From positions 139,270,859-139,319,644 of the forward strand of contig NC_068982.1 in NCBI RefSeq assembly GCF_001194135.2: a stretch of DNA of 48,786 nt. Reading direction: 5' to 3'. This DNA is from Octopus bimaculoides. Its lineage: Eukaryota. Shown piece by piece: positions 26,255 to 38,464 of the stretch (position 1 is the stretch's first letter; each line of letters starts with the position of its first letter). Both the position numbers and the translations under genes were made by a program. The notes beneath the pieces are model-generated. The model did not search any database, had not been told where the DNA came from, and saw only the letters and a program-made list of their open reading frames with translations.

Positions 26255-26472
26255 TACGAGGGATGCTGAAAAGTTTCTGGCTGTAAGGGTGTTGCGAAAC
26301 GCCTTGACGGAAGGCCAACATTCCGAGTTCTTTTACAAGGCTTAGAAAACCTGACCGCCCGCTGCAGTAATGTGTGTGAATTTGACAGGAGAATATCTTG
26401 GATGAAATCATAACTGATTCTCTTGTATTTTCTTTTGCATAAAGTCAGGAAGTTTTCAGCAGCCCTTCTTTA
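26255..26472 (+). mobile_element. Mariner-derived MITE (copy 2)
   Basis: TA-cgagggatgctgaaaagtt ... aagttttcagcagccct. The interior encodes FLQGLENLTARCS, resembling a mariner C-terminus. Homologous to 7768-7974. Confidence 0.8.
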
Positions 26473-26481
26473 TATATATAT

Positions 26482-26523
<42 letters not shown>

Positions 26524-28125
26524 NNNNNNNNNNACATATGTAGTATATGCATGTATGCATATGTTTGCGCACGCGCAAGTATGTGTATGTGTGCGCGTGC
26601 GTATTTGAGTGTGTGTGAGTATGCATGTATAAGCTGGGTTTTACATATATGACATATACACGCATACTCATCTTCCATGTGGACACCAATACAGTTACTT
26701 AGTTACTTACTTCACATCTTGAGATCATTCCCAAAATTCAGTGGAAGATAGCAATGAAAATAGAGGAGTTTCTTCGAAAAACTCTCTTCACAAGAAACTT
26801 ATTTAAGTATATTCCTATTCTCAATTATCGATTAAACTATAATTCTGCTCAACTACTAACTAATAAATTATCAAGCCAAGTTACACTTCTAAATCTTGTT
26901 GATAACCTTAGCCTCTTAGCTCTAAACATTTGCAATATGTTACATTGTATTCGATAGTTAAAATTTACTGGTAATATTGCCATTAGGGGAAATGCATATA
27001 AGCAATATTTTATGGTGTGCCAACTTACTCGCTATGATAGATGTCAATATTTAGTTTACCTTCCGACTCTCTTCAATAAATTAGGTTAGACATGCTTACA
27101 TAAATAGTTAAATGTATCTAATTATTATATCATCTAGAGATTGTTCGCGAATAACTTGATAAAGACAATTAACAGCAATACTTTGTTAGAATATGTATTC
27201 AGATCTATATTTACTCTAAGCATGTAGTGTGGGGACATTCTTTATCGATTTTTGATGCATCAATATTTACAATATAATTCATGTTTCACCGTTTCGAAAA
27301 TGATTTATAGTTGCTAAAACAGCACAAATCTATCTATAAGTTAACAAGAGTAAGTCTCAGGACGCTAGCAAAGTAAGATATGTCTCAATAAACAAATGCT
27401 TTCTCTTTAAATATATCAATCCGTATTCATATATTCAACTCTAATCGGTTGATGTTAGTTTGTTGCACGCATACACACACATATACAAATATCCGCTCTG
27501 TGAGAACCTGCACACTGAAAGAGGCACAGACACACAGGAAATTATACACACATGTATAGAATATGATGTAATCTTCCAAATACTACCTCAGCCTTCACGT
27601 TCTCGAAGGTTCAAACGATCGGAGTATACAAGTAGAAGGCAATATACATGGAAATATATCTAATAGAGTCATCGAAATAAAATTTGATATACAAATTGCG
27701 ATATATATCTGAAAACTCATATTTTGCCGATATCTTTGTGTAAATTGGCATGCTAGGTCTCGATTTCAATCGATTCAACAACTGGATTCATGAAAATCAG
27801 GGGTGTATTTCAAGGAGCCTCAATTTCTAATAAAATATACTCACTCTACTTTATGTAGTGAGTACTCTCTTTGCAATATACAAACCCAATTATGCATATA
27901 TCATTCCTTAATATGTCGCATACTGTATAGTGTTACATAATCTGAAAAAGCTGGAAAGTCTTTGAAAATTTTCTGTAAATATTTCGAGATATCATTTTAA
28001 AAAGAACACTTTATATTCGTTGTTTAAAAGACTGATCAGCTAATCAAGAAATTATAAAGATGACATCATTTCTATACATGTAACAAGGTTAACCAAAGGT
28101 TTAAACACTTAGCTTCAGATGTCGT

Positions 28126-28316
28126 AAAACTATGTACATACAACGAACTAGCGAAAAACCCGTGTCAACGACGGTTTTCCAAGGTTTGTTCATTTACGTG
28201 GGAGTTCTGGGCAAAATGTTATAGTGCATTGCCATCCTTGGGACATAAGTAATGGGTGTGTAAAGTTTGGTGAAAAGAGGTTCAGAATTGTGGAAATGTA
28301 TGCGTTAGTCAATATA
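28126..28316 (+). mobile_element. Helentron/DINE-1-like non-autonomous repeat (copy 2)
   Basis: aactagcgaaaaacccgtgtcaacgacgg..aaagtttggtgaaaa, an inverted homolog of 21883-22050. Confidence 0.5.
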
Positions 28317-29302
28317 GCCTAATCTGAAAACATGTTGGAAATATTGAACGTGATGGAAATGACGTGTAAAAATTCATGCAGCAATTAAAAAAAACAAAAA
28401 AACAATTAACCATACGTTTTACTAAACTTTATCATCCTTGAATATATCAATATTTCTCCAGTTCAAACTCAGAAGTATTCGTAAAAGTGGAATCTGTCTC
28501 ATTCCAATATAAATTAATGTAAGTAATACTCATGAAATAGGGCCCTTTTGCACTTTCTATGTCATTAATTTAGAGGCGTATGTAATAGCCATCTGCCGAT
28601 AATTTCTTGATTAGATGATCGCTCTTTTAAACAATGAAGCACATTTAGTGTTTCATGGAAGATCATTCAGTCCGTCAAAAATATATTTTGGATTCCATCA
28701 TTGTTTTAACCTTTAAGAATCTATGTTGCCGTTTTAGAATAATGTTTCATCAAACATATATTAGTTCAAATAGTTAATAAGTATTTTGTTATATGAATAC
28801 AGAGGAGTATATTGTCTTTTTAAAATACATTGGCGTGAATATCGAATAATGACATGAATGTAGGAAACCATTCATACTTATGATAGTCCGATTTATATTA
28901 AATGAACTGGTCATCTACCTATTTGTTTTAGTTCATATTCTATTAATATGATTGTCTTTTTACTAAGTAATAGGTTCATCTAAAAGAATAAATTAAAAAG
29001 ACCTCGAGTGATTTCTAAGATATTATCCTATATGTAGCCACTTGTTGGTCCTGCCTTAGTAAGAAAACTATTAACGAGGAATTACATTACATTGTTATTA
29101 AATAACACACATAATAATACGAAAGAAAATTAATTTAATAACATCTCCAAGATTAAATGAAGCTTATCGTCTCACGAAGAGCTACTTAACGGTGACTATA
29201 ATCACGGCAATAAGAGATTAAATGCACTGGAGTCGAAAACAAAATGCACTATATACAAGGATCATAAATATTAAGAAATGCAAACAGAGAAAACGAAATA
29301 TT

Positions 29303-29518
29303 CATTTCTACTCTTCGCAAAAGACCCGAAACTTTTGGGGGAGAGGGCCAGGTGATTAGATCGACCCCAGTACGCAACTAGCACTTAATTTATCGACCCC
29401 GAAAAGATGAAAGGCAAAGTCGATTTTGGCGGAATTTGAACTCAGAACGTAAAGAAAGATTAAATAACGATAAGCGTTTCGCCCGGCGTGCTAAGTTTTC
29501 TGCCCTCTCGCTGCCTTT
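29303..29518 (-). mobile_element. tRNA-derived SINE family A (dimer unit 1)
   Basis: Full body, bounded by the 17-bp direct repeat agagaaracgaaatatt. Confidence 0.9.
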
Positions 29519-29535
29519 AGAGAAGACGAAATATT

Positions 29536-29754
29536 CTTTTGTACTCTAGGCACAAGGGCCGAAACTTTTGGGGGAGGGGGCGAGTCAAATAGATCGACCC
29601 CAGTACGCAACTGGTATTTAATTTATCGACCCCGAAAGGATGAAAAGCAAAGTCTATCTCGGCGGAATTTGAACTCAGAACGTAAAAACAGACGAAATAC
29701 TGATGAGCATTTCGCCCGGCGTGCTAATGTTTCTGCCCCACACCCGCCGCCTTT
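29536..29754 (-). mobile_element. tRNA-derived SINE family A (dimer unit 2)
   Basis: Full body, bounded by the same 17-bp repeat. Confidence 0.9.
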
Positions 29755-31069
29755 AGAGAAGACGAAATATTAACAGATAAAATAGTTCTTACAGTGTAAA
29801 AGTGCCTCCTAATATTGTCGGAATTTTTAGGAATATATAACAAAATATCTATGGTAAAAATAACCTTAAGTCACTAAGACGTGCACAAAGTCATTCACTG
29901 GTTCCATAGTTAATCCAGGATTGAAAGTTCTATCTGCATTGTTAGTATTTTTAGTATCTATACAGTGGAGAGCTCTAATATTATTATTGAAATACGCTCT
30001 CATATCCTAAAACTACCGTCATTCTCATAATACTGGAAGGATCTGGTGATATCACCATAAAAGATACACATTTCTCCTCCAAAAAATCAGACATTATTCA
30101 TCACAATCTTTAGTTTTCAATCCAGTGCTTAAAAGCAAATGGCAGTGACACATTTATGTGACTCATCCTAAAGAATGGGATGTGTATTATGAAGCAAACG
30201 CATAAGTAGAGATGCTCTGAAAGTTGATTTGTAGATATCGGTATCTGAACTGTGAGTGAGCGAAGATTGGTTTGAAGCATTTTACAATAATGCCACATGA
30301 TACTGTAGCAATTTCTACGTCGCTAATTTTATGTGCTTAAAACGACACATTGAATCTAGGATACCGTATCGTTAACGCTTGCTGCATAATTTTATATAAT
30401 TAATTACCCTTCATCTATATCCAGTTTCGTTCTTTTAACAATTTCCCATATGATTATTTTGGTCATCATTTAGGAAGTCGATCCGTTTCCTTAATCGTAT
30501 CTTCGTATTTTGGGACATCAATCAATTTTACACAATGCTTAGGATCAGTAACACGAAACAAATATTGTTCTTGGATATTTCTTATGAAAGATGATTGTAA
30601 ATTGTAGATAAAATGAAAATACCTGTTAAACTGTAGGTAAGCTTTTAAAATGGTGCAAAAATGCTGTGCAATCCTAAATGCACAGAAAGAGGTAAAAATT
30701 CAGTTTATTTCTATAATTCTACCAGAATGCACAATTCTGATGTCTATGCAACATTGTTCCAACTTTTGTCATTTTCTAAAAGATTAAACCTCAGATAAAA
30801 TATCAGATATAACATTAATGATATTACACAAATCATAACAATTTGCTGCAGCTGCCGTTTGTGCAACAACCTAACATTAAACAACAGCCTCTATGAAGGC
30901 TGCAGTATTTATATTCTGCCAATAACTGCAGAGGTTATTTCACTGTGTCTCAATGCACTCTGCCGGGATTTAGATGTTTTAGGTAAATATATTGGCATCC
31001 ATTCAACAACAAGATATCTTTGTAAATTACGTAAACGAAACAATATCCCGCTAAAGATAGGGAATAAAA

Positions 31070-31319
31070 TATTGGGTTGGTGCATAATTATTGCGGCGAT
31101 TTTTGAACAGATATTATTCAACCAAAACAATATTTAACAAAAATACCTTTAAATGAGGATTTGACCGTCTGCCAAACAAATGGGAAGCAGCAATTGAAGT
31201 AGCTGATGAACATGTTCCGGAATAATCATTTAAAGTTGTTTTTGTTACATGTTGATATTATTTTTGCTGAATAAAATTTTTTGAAAAAAAAGCTGCAATA
31301 ATTATGCAACAACCTAATA
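31070..31319 (+). mobile_element. Mariner MITE with Hsmar1/MADE1-like TIRs
   Basis: TA-ttgggttggtgcataattattgcggc ... gctgcaataattatgcaacaacctaa-TA. The interior encodes GFDRLPNKWEAAIEVADEHVPE*, a mariner C-terminal remnant. Confidence 0.9.
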
Positions 31320-31340
31320 TATGAGCAATTTAAAAATTAA

Positions 31341-31560
31341 AAGGTGTCGAGCTGGCAGGATCGTTAGGACGCTCGGCGAAATGATTTGTGATATTACGTC
31401 TTCCGCTACGTTCAGAGTTTAAATTGTACCGAGGTCGACTTTGACTTTCACCCTTTTGGGGTCGATAAAATATGTACCAGTTACGCACTGGGCTCGATGT
31501 AATCGACTATACCCCTTCCTCCAAAAATGTCAAGCGTTTGCGCCTAAAGTAGAAATAATT
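31341..31560 (+). mobile_element. tRNA-derived SINE family A
   Basis: aaggtgtcgagctggcaggatcgttag..ggggtcgataaaatatgtaccag. Confidence 0.9.
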
Positions 31561-31631
31561 TTAATAATTAAATATCTTAGTAGATTCATTGATTTAGAGC
31601 ACCAAAATCTATAGCAAACTTCTGCGGTGAA

Positions 31632-31806
31632 TACAGTTCTATATTTAAGAGATGAGGAATTCTGTACATTATTTACATTCGACGGATATTTGTCCTCATC
31701 TTGTTTGTTGTTAACACAACGTTTCGGCTGATATACCCTCCAGCCTTCATCAGGTGTCTTAGGGAAATTTCGAACCTGGGTTTTCATTGATAAGGTATTT
31801 TTCAAT
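31632..31806 (-). mobile_element. Penelope-type pseudo-LTR, inverted upstream copy
   Basis: Reverse complement of 31973-32120, including a 43-nt perfect match. Contains a hammerhead core. Confidence 0.8.
31713..31758 (-). ncRNA. Minimal type I hammerhead ribozyme (PLE-type)
   Basis: Minus strand GACAC-CUGAUGA-A-GGCUG(gaggguauau)CAGCC-GAAA-CG-UU-GUGUU. Helix I is GACAC/GUGUU, helix II is 5 bp, helix III is reduced to the palindrome AACGUU, and the cleavage triplet is GUU. Activity untested. Confidence 0.75.
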
Positions 31807-31904
31807 GGGCATATGGCGTAGTGCTTAAAAGGCGCGGGCTACTAACCCCAAGATTCCGAGTTCGACTCGAAGCATTTACCTGAACACTAATAATAATAAT
31901 AATA

Positions 31905-31972
<68 letters not shown>
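31807..31972 (+). mobile_element. tRNA-like Pol III head followed by (TAA)n
   Basis: A box tggcgtagtgcttaa, loop ctactaa, B box gagttcgactc, then about 28 TAA units (31888-31972). Confidence 0.8.
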
Positions 31973-31973
<1 letters not shown>

Positions 31974-32120
31974 TCAAAAAACACCTTAGAGATGAGAACC
32001 CAGGTTCGAAATTTCCTCAAGACAACTGAAGAAGCAGCCGAAACGTTGTGTTAACAACAAACAAGATGAGGACAAATGTCCGTCGAATATAAATAGTGTA
32101 AATCATGTAAATAATATTCT
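31973..32120 (+). mobile_element. Penelope-type pseudo-LTR with a degenerate hammerhead
   Basis: gacaa-CTGAAGA-ag-cagcc-GAAA-cgttgtgtt at 32021-32052. A 14-nt deletion relative to the inverted copy removes most of helix II. Confidence 0.8.
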
Positions 32121-33646
32121 GCGGTAAAGTTGTAAATTAATTGATACAGTCGAATATATACATCAGAGATAATCTATTAACGAAATGAAGTTACCTTATT
32201 CAACATTAATATGCATTTAGCCCTGAAATCTATGGAACACTGCAATAACAATCAATAATACTTTCAGCATTTTCAATGCTTGTGGAAGCAGAAGTATTCT
32301 TTTCTGGAGAAATTCTGTGATAATATTTTTGGCAAGTAGGATTTCCAATGAGCGATTGTGGTTTTTTTAAATTTCTTGCTTTTTTCTTGGTACGCAGATC
32401 ATCTATCATACAGAAATAAGTTTGATTATCAACAAAACACACACATGCACGTGCGCAGACACACACGCACGCATGTACACACATAGACATACACACATAG
32501 ATACACGCACATACAAGCGTAGGCATGTGTTGCACATGCGAATATATGTATGTGTGTGTGCTTTGTTTGTGTGTGTGCGTGTGTGTGTGTGTGTGTGTAT
32601 GTATGCCTAGGTATGTAGGCATTACGAACAAGAAAGGCTGAGAATGTGAGCAAGCGACACAAATGAGCAGCTTTCCATTATATATATATATATATATATA
32701 TATNNNNNNNNNNNNNNNNNNNNNNNNNNNNNNNNNNNNNNNNNNNNNNNNNNNNNNNNNNNNNNNNNNNNNNNNNNNNNNNNNNNNNNNNNNNNNNNNN
32801 NNNNNNNNNNNNNNNNNNNNNNNNNNNNNNNNNNNNNNNNNNNNNNNNNNNNNNNNNNNNNNNNNNNNNNNNNNNNNNNNNNNNNNNNNNNNNNNNNNNN
32901 NNNNNNNNNNNNNNNNNNNNNNNNNNNNNNNNNNNNNNNNNNNNNNNNNNNNNNNNNNNNNNNNNNNNNNNNNNNNNNNNNNNNNNNNNNNNNNNNNNNN
33001 NNNNNNNNNNNNNNNNNNNNNNNNNNNNNNNNNNNNNNNNNNNNNNNNNNNNNNNNNNNNNNNNNNNNNNNNNNNNNNNNNNNNNNNNNNNNNNNNNNNN
33101 NNNNNNNNNNNNNNNNNNNNNNNNNNNNNNNNNNNNNNNNNNNNNNNNATATATATATATATATATATATATACATATGCATATGCATCCAAACACACGC
33201 GCACGCATAGAAAGAGTTAAGGCAGAAAGAGAATGATAACCTTTGCCAGAGAGAACATTGACATGTTTTGTCAAGGAAAGAAACAAAAGAAACAGCTATA
33301 TATTTCTGTTAACGATTCTTTACATTTAGCACATTACGTCCTGTGAGAGTGGAATTAACTCAGCTTCAAGGATTGATTATTTTCTTTTGTATGTTGATGT
33401 GGATTCCGGGCAATATTTTTCATGAAATTTTCTAGATATTTACGGTGTGTTTACTTGATGATATGCTACGCCAGAAGCGTATTGGCGGAGCACATATCGA
33501 AGATAGGAAACATTCCGAATAAAAGTGACAAAAAGAAAAATTAGTAAATAATACCTATCTTTGATACGAAGCGCACTCAGGTGCGCGGATGTTCATACAC
33601 ATATATATGCGTATATGCACATGCATTTTCATCAACAAATCTGTAC

Positions 33647-33695
<49 letters not shown>

Positions 33696-34089
33696 CATGC
33701 ATATATCTATATGCATACATATATATCTATATACATACACATACATACGTACACACACATACATATAGACTGGAGATGAAGAAAAATGTTGGTCATTCCT
33801 CTAAGATCCTTATGAACAATTATAATTTGTGATGAGCCTATTTTGAACACTTTTATTTAAACTGTTGAAACACAAAGCCTCTCTTAACATTTTCTTATCA
33901 TTGTCAAAGACTCTATCACTGTATTTCGATACTTGTATGTTAACTAATCTTTAACACCACAAAGGCTCCACGAAGCCTTGCACTTTATTTTTGAAAATTA
34001 TTTTTTTAAAGAAATGAAACCGGTGAAGTCAATAAACATCTGTCAAAGACGTTTGCATTTTCAAATACTGTTCCCTATATATTATATCT

Positions 34090-34120
<31 letters not shown>

Positions 34121-34136
34121 CACACACAAATACACA

Positions 34137-34175
<39 letters not shown>

Positions 34176-34560
34176 ACACACACACACACNNNNNNNNNNN
34201 NNNNNNNNNNNNNNNNNNNNNNNNNNNNNNNNNNNNNNNNNNNNNNNNNNNNNNNNNNNNNNNNNNNNNNNNNNNNNNNNNNNNNNNNNNNNNNNNNNNN
34301 NNNNNNNNNNNNNNNNNNNNNNNNNNNNNNNNNNNNNNNNNNNNNNNNNNNNNNNNNNNNNNNNNNNNNNNNNNNNNNNNNNNNNNNNNNNNNNNNNNNN
34401 NNNNNNNNNNNNNNNNNNNNNNNNNNNNNNNNNNNNNNNNNNNNNNNNNNNNNNNNNNNNNNNNNNNNNNNNNNNNNNNNNNNNNNNNNNNNNNNNNNNN
34501 NNNNNNNNNNNNNNNNNNNNNNNNNNNNNNNNNNNNNNNNNNNNNNNNNNNNNNNNNNNN

Positions 34561-34643
<83 letters not shown>

Positions 34644-34650
34644 GCTGCTG
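34561..34650. repeat. (ACT)n/(GCT)n microsatellite
   Basis: Directly visible. Confidence 0.95.
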
Positions 34651-34700
34651 CCTCCACCACTACTAATACTAATCATAATAATAAAATAATGATAACGATA

Positions 34701-35522
34701 ATCGTTTTTGCTAAAAGATGGAGGTTTGAAATTTGTGGGGAGGGGACTGGTCGATTACATCAACCTCAGTGTTTTACTGGTACTTAATTTATCGATCTTG
34801 AAATGATGAAATGCAAAGTCGAACACGGCAGAATTTGCGCTCAGAAAGTAGAGACGGGCAAAATGAATCTAAGCATTTTGCCCGACGTGCTAACGATTCT
34901 GCTTGAAAGTTTTGAGGCACGGTGTAAGTCGATTCCGCCGACTACAGTGTGTAACAGGTACTTATCTTATCGATCATCATTAGATGACAGGCAAAGCCGA
35001 CCACGGCGGAATTCGAACTCAAAACATAAAGACGGACCAAAACAACCGCGAAGCATTTCGTCTAACCTCCTAACAAGTCTGCCAACAATAATAATAATTC
35101 TTCTTCCAAGAAGCACAAGGCTTCAAATTAGGGAGAAGGGATTAAGTCGATTACATTGATCCCAGTGCGTAACTGCTATTTAATTTATTGACCTCGAAAG
35201 AATGAAAGGTAGAGTCGAACCCGGCGGGATTGCAACTCAGTACGTAATGACGGACGAAACACAGCTAAGCATTTTGTCCAACATGGTAATGAGTCTGCCA
35301 ACATTAATAATAATCCTTTCTACTCTAGGCACTTGGCCTCAAATTTGGTGTGTGTGTGTGGGGGGGGGGGATAGTCGATTACATTGATCTCAATGTTCAG
35401 CTGGTATATATCTTCTCGACCACGAAAGTGTGAAAGGCAATGTCAACCTCAGCCGTATTTGAACTCAGAACGTAAAGACAGGCGAAGTGATGCTAAGCAA
35501 TTTTTGCAGTGCTGCAACGCCA
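34701..35522 (-). mobile_element. Head-to-tail array of four diverged family A SINEs
   Basis: Units at about 34701-34902, 34925-35084, 35097-35300 and 35311-35522. Each has the gtcgatt..ggtacttaat..aaagtcga..gaactcag..taagcattt pattern. Confidence 0.85.
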
Positions 35523-35765
35523 AAAGAAGGTGGGGGAATGTGTTAATATGTATAAACTCCCACATTCATGAACTTACCATATGTCCAACCTACTAAGTAT
35601 CAACAGAAACGTTCGGTTATTGTTGAATATATTAGAAAGTTATAGAAATACATTTAGTGATTTGTAACCTAGAACCACGCGAACAAGGAACAGAATAATC
35701 GACCATTCAAGCACTTCGGCACTCCATACATTTAGCCTTTTCTTCTTTATATTGATTTTCGTATT

Positions 35766-35992
35766 TCTTTACTGCCCACAGGGGGTTACACACAGAGGGG
35801 ACATACAAGGACATACAAACGGATTAAGTCGATTATATCGACCCCACTGTGTTACTGGTACTTATTTAATCGACCCAGAAAGGATGAAAGACAAAGTCGA
35901 CCTAGGCGGAATTTGAACTCAGAACGAAACGGCAGACGAAATACAGCTAAGCATTTTGCCCGGTCTGCTAACGATTCTGCCAGCTCGCCGCC
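35766..35992 (-). mobile_element. tRNA-derived SINE family A, variant 3' end
   Basis: Head ggcggcgagctggcagaatcgttag is intact. The 3' part (tactgcccacaggggg..acaaacggattaag on +) differs from the other copies. Confidence 0.9.
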
Positions 35993-36780
35993 CTATATTC
36001 TTTGTATCTTCTTTATATTCATTTTCTATTAAGCATTTAGAAATATATTCTATGAAGAAGCTGAGATAAATTATGAAATAATCTCTAATTGAAAATAAAA
36101 TAAAATAATTATGCACTTAACTTCATATAAAACCTACACACACACACACATAGACACGCATACACTCCCATACACTCGCACATACTCGCACACAAATACA
36201 CACATATATATTTATATATTTATATATGTATGTATATATAATTCATATATAATATGTATACATGTACATGAATATATATACATATAAATATATGCATATA
36301 CATACATATACATATACATATATATATATATATATATATATGCATATATATATACATATACACACACACATATCTACAGATGCGTATGTGTATTAGTGTG
36401 AGTGTGTGTGTGCGCATGCGTTTAATATTTTCCTTAGAGAAACAAATGTTATAAATTGCTTTTTGCTCTCAATAATTTTCTTTTCTTGTGGATGAGCCAA
36501 GGAGGATTACGGAATGGAATTCAAGATATTAAAATAAGAAACATAATTCATTGGTTTGGTGAAATGAATTCCTACAGACGAGAAGAGCCTTTATCTTTGC
36601 ACAAAAATAAATAAGTGTGTTGTATAATATAATTCCTACAAAAATTGTGCAGGTAAGAAGAAAGAATTGAAATACAGGAATATTGCGTTATCCTACCACA
36701 AGAAATACGCTCACACAGATACAGACACACATAAATACATATATACATATGTTCTGTGAAAGAATATTATATCTCATGTG

Positions 36781-36813
<33 letters not shown>

Positions 36814-37258
36814 GCATACACACACACACACACACATACATACATACATATATATATATANNNNNNNNNNNNNNNNNNNNNNNNNNNNNNNNNNNNNNNN
36901 NNNNNNNNNNNNNNNNNNNNNNNNNNNNNNNNNNNNNNNNNNNNNNNNNNNNNNNNNNNNNNNNNNNNNNNNNNNNNNNNNNNNNNNNNNNNNNNNNNNN
37001 NNNNNNNNNNNNNNNNNNNNNNNNNNNNNNNNNNNNNNNNNNNNNNNNNNNNNNNNNNNNNNNNNNNNNNNNNNNNNNNNNNNNNNNNNNNNNNNNNNNN
37101 NNNNNNNNNNNNNNNNNNNNNNNNNTTTAAACTCCATGGATACTTGTGTAGATTCAGTCAGATATTTCTTTGTTAAAGCAATCAATTTGCGAAGGACTGT
37201 CGTCTGTAATAGCCAATACGCGCGAATAAGTTGAAATCTAGGGTTAATACTCAAATGA

Positions 37259-37294
<36 letters not shown>

Positions 37295-37496
37295 TACAAA
37301 GAATATGTATGCATGTATACATACATATATGTACATACTTACATCTACATGTCTATATAGATGCCTATCAGGGTACAGGGCGTTAGAAAAATGAACTACA
37401 GACAACGGAATAGAGGCTACTTTTACGCTTTATTCTTCTATTTTACAATTATGCTCTATTTTATTCTTTATAAGCTTGAATTTTATTATATGGATG

Positions 37497-37497
<1 letters not shown>

Positions 37498-37563
<66 letters not shown>

Positions 37564-37803
37564 GAGGAAGAAGAAGAAGAAGAAGAAGAAAAAGAAGAAG
37601 AAGAAGAAGAAGAAGAAGAAGAAGAAGAAGAAGAAGAAGAGAAAGAAGAAGAAGGAGAAGAAGAAGAAGAAGACGAAGAAGAAGAAAAAGGAGAGAAAGA
37701 AGGAGAGAAAGTAGAAGAAGAAGAAGAAGAAGAAGAAGAAGAAAAAGAAGAAGAAGAAGAAGAAGAAGAAGAAGAAGAAGAAGAAGAAGAAGAAGAAGAA
37801 GAA
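37498..37803. repeat. (TAA)n followed by (GAA)n microsatellite
   Basis: Directly visible. Confidence 0.95.
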
Positions 37804-37804
37804 T

Positions 37805-38390
37805 AGGACATACCAGTATGTACAACCTGGATCATGAAGGCTACTAAGCCAGATATTTTTGTGAAAGACAAAAGCAATAAAGTCTCTTTATTGATTGGTA
37901 TGAGCATACCCTGTTACCATAATAACTCGGCAAAAGAATTTGAAAAGCTCAGAAAATAGAAAGATTTACTAATCGAAATTGAATAGATGTAGCATCTCAA
38001 GATGGTTACGATACCAGTGATTGTAGGAGCACTTGGAATAATTGAAAAAAGGACCTGAAAATTATCTAAGAATGATATCTGGCTTACCATCCATGCAGGT
38101 AGTGAAAACGATTGCCTTAACTGGTACGTCACACGTACTGAGAAGAGCATTGTGCCTGTGAATTTTATTTCCTTTTATTTCTTTCATTTTTTGTTTACAT
38201 ATTTAAGTTTTTCCTTTTTTCACTCTGTCTTTCTTCCCCTTTTTTTATCTATCATATGACTTTGTTAATGAACAATCTGGTGCGGTTATTTTAATGGCCT
38301 ACCAATGTATAAAGTGCGTTTTTCTTTCCCAGGTGTCAGGAAGATACTCGGCCAGAAAAAGAATAAGAATTGAAAGATGATGATGATGAA
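37805..38390 (+). mobile_element. R4/Dong-like RLE retrotransposon 3' end (copy 1, pseudogenised)
   Basis: DIPVCT..KATKPDIFVKDK..LLIGMSIPC..SAKEFEKLRK*KDLLIEIE*M*HLKMVTIPVIVGALGII..IALTGTSHVLRRAL*. A T-rich 3' UTR follows and runs into (TAA)n. Confidence 0.85.

Positions 38391-38462
<72 letters not shown>
38377..38462. repeat. (GAT)n/(TAA)n microsatellite
   Basis: Directly visible between the two RLE relics. Confidence 0.95.

Positions 38463-38464
<2 letters not shown>

Noticed and set aside
31530-31805. 91-aa ORF MKNTLSMKTQVRNFPKTPDEGWRVYQPKRC
   Set aside because: It is the pLTR/hammerhead read as protein.
31807-31887. Possible tRNA-Ser(ACT) gene
   Set aside because: Anticodon stem pairs at only 3 of 5 positions, no convincing acceptor stem, and it runs into (TAA)n. 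Treated as a SINE head.
37361-37907. Poly-K/R/N/L/S ORFs, also at 20053-20512 and 40439-40749
   Set aside because: Translations of trinucleotide and dinucleotide microsatellites.
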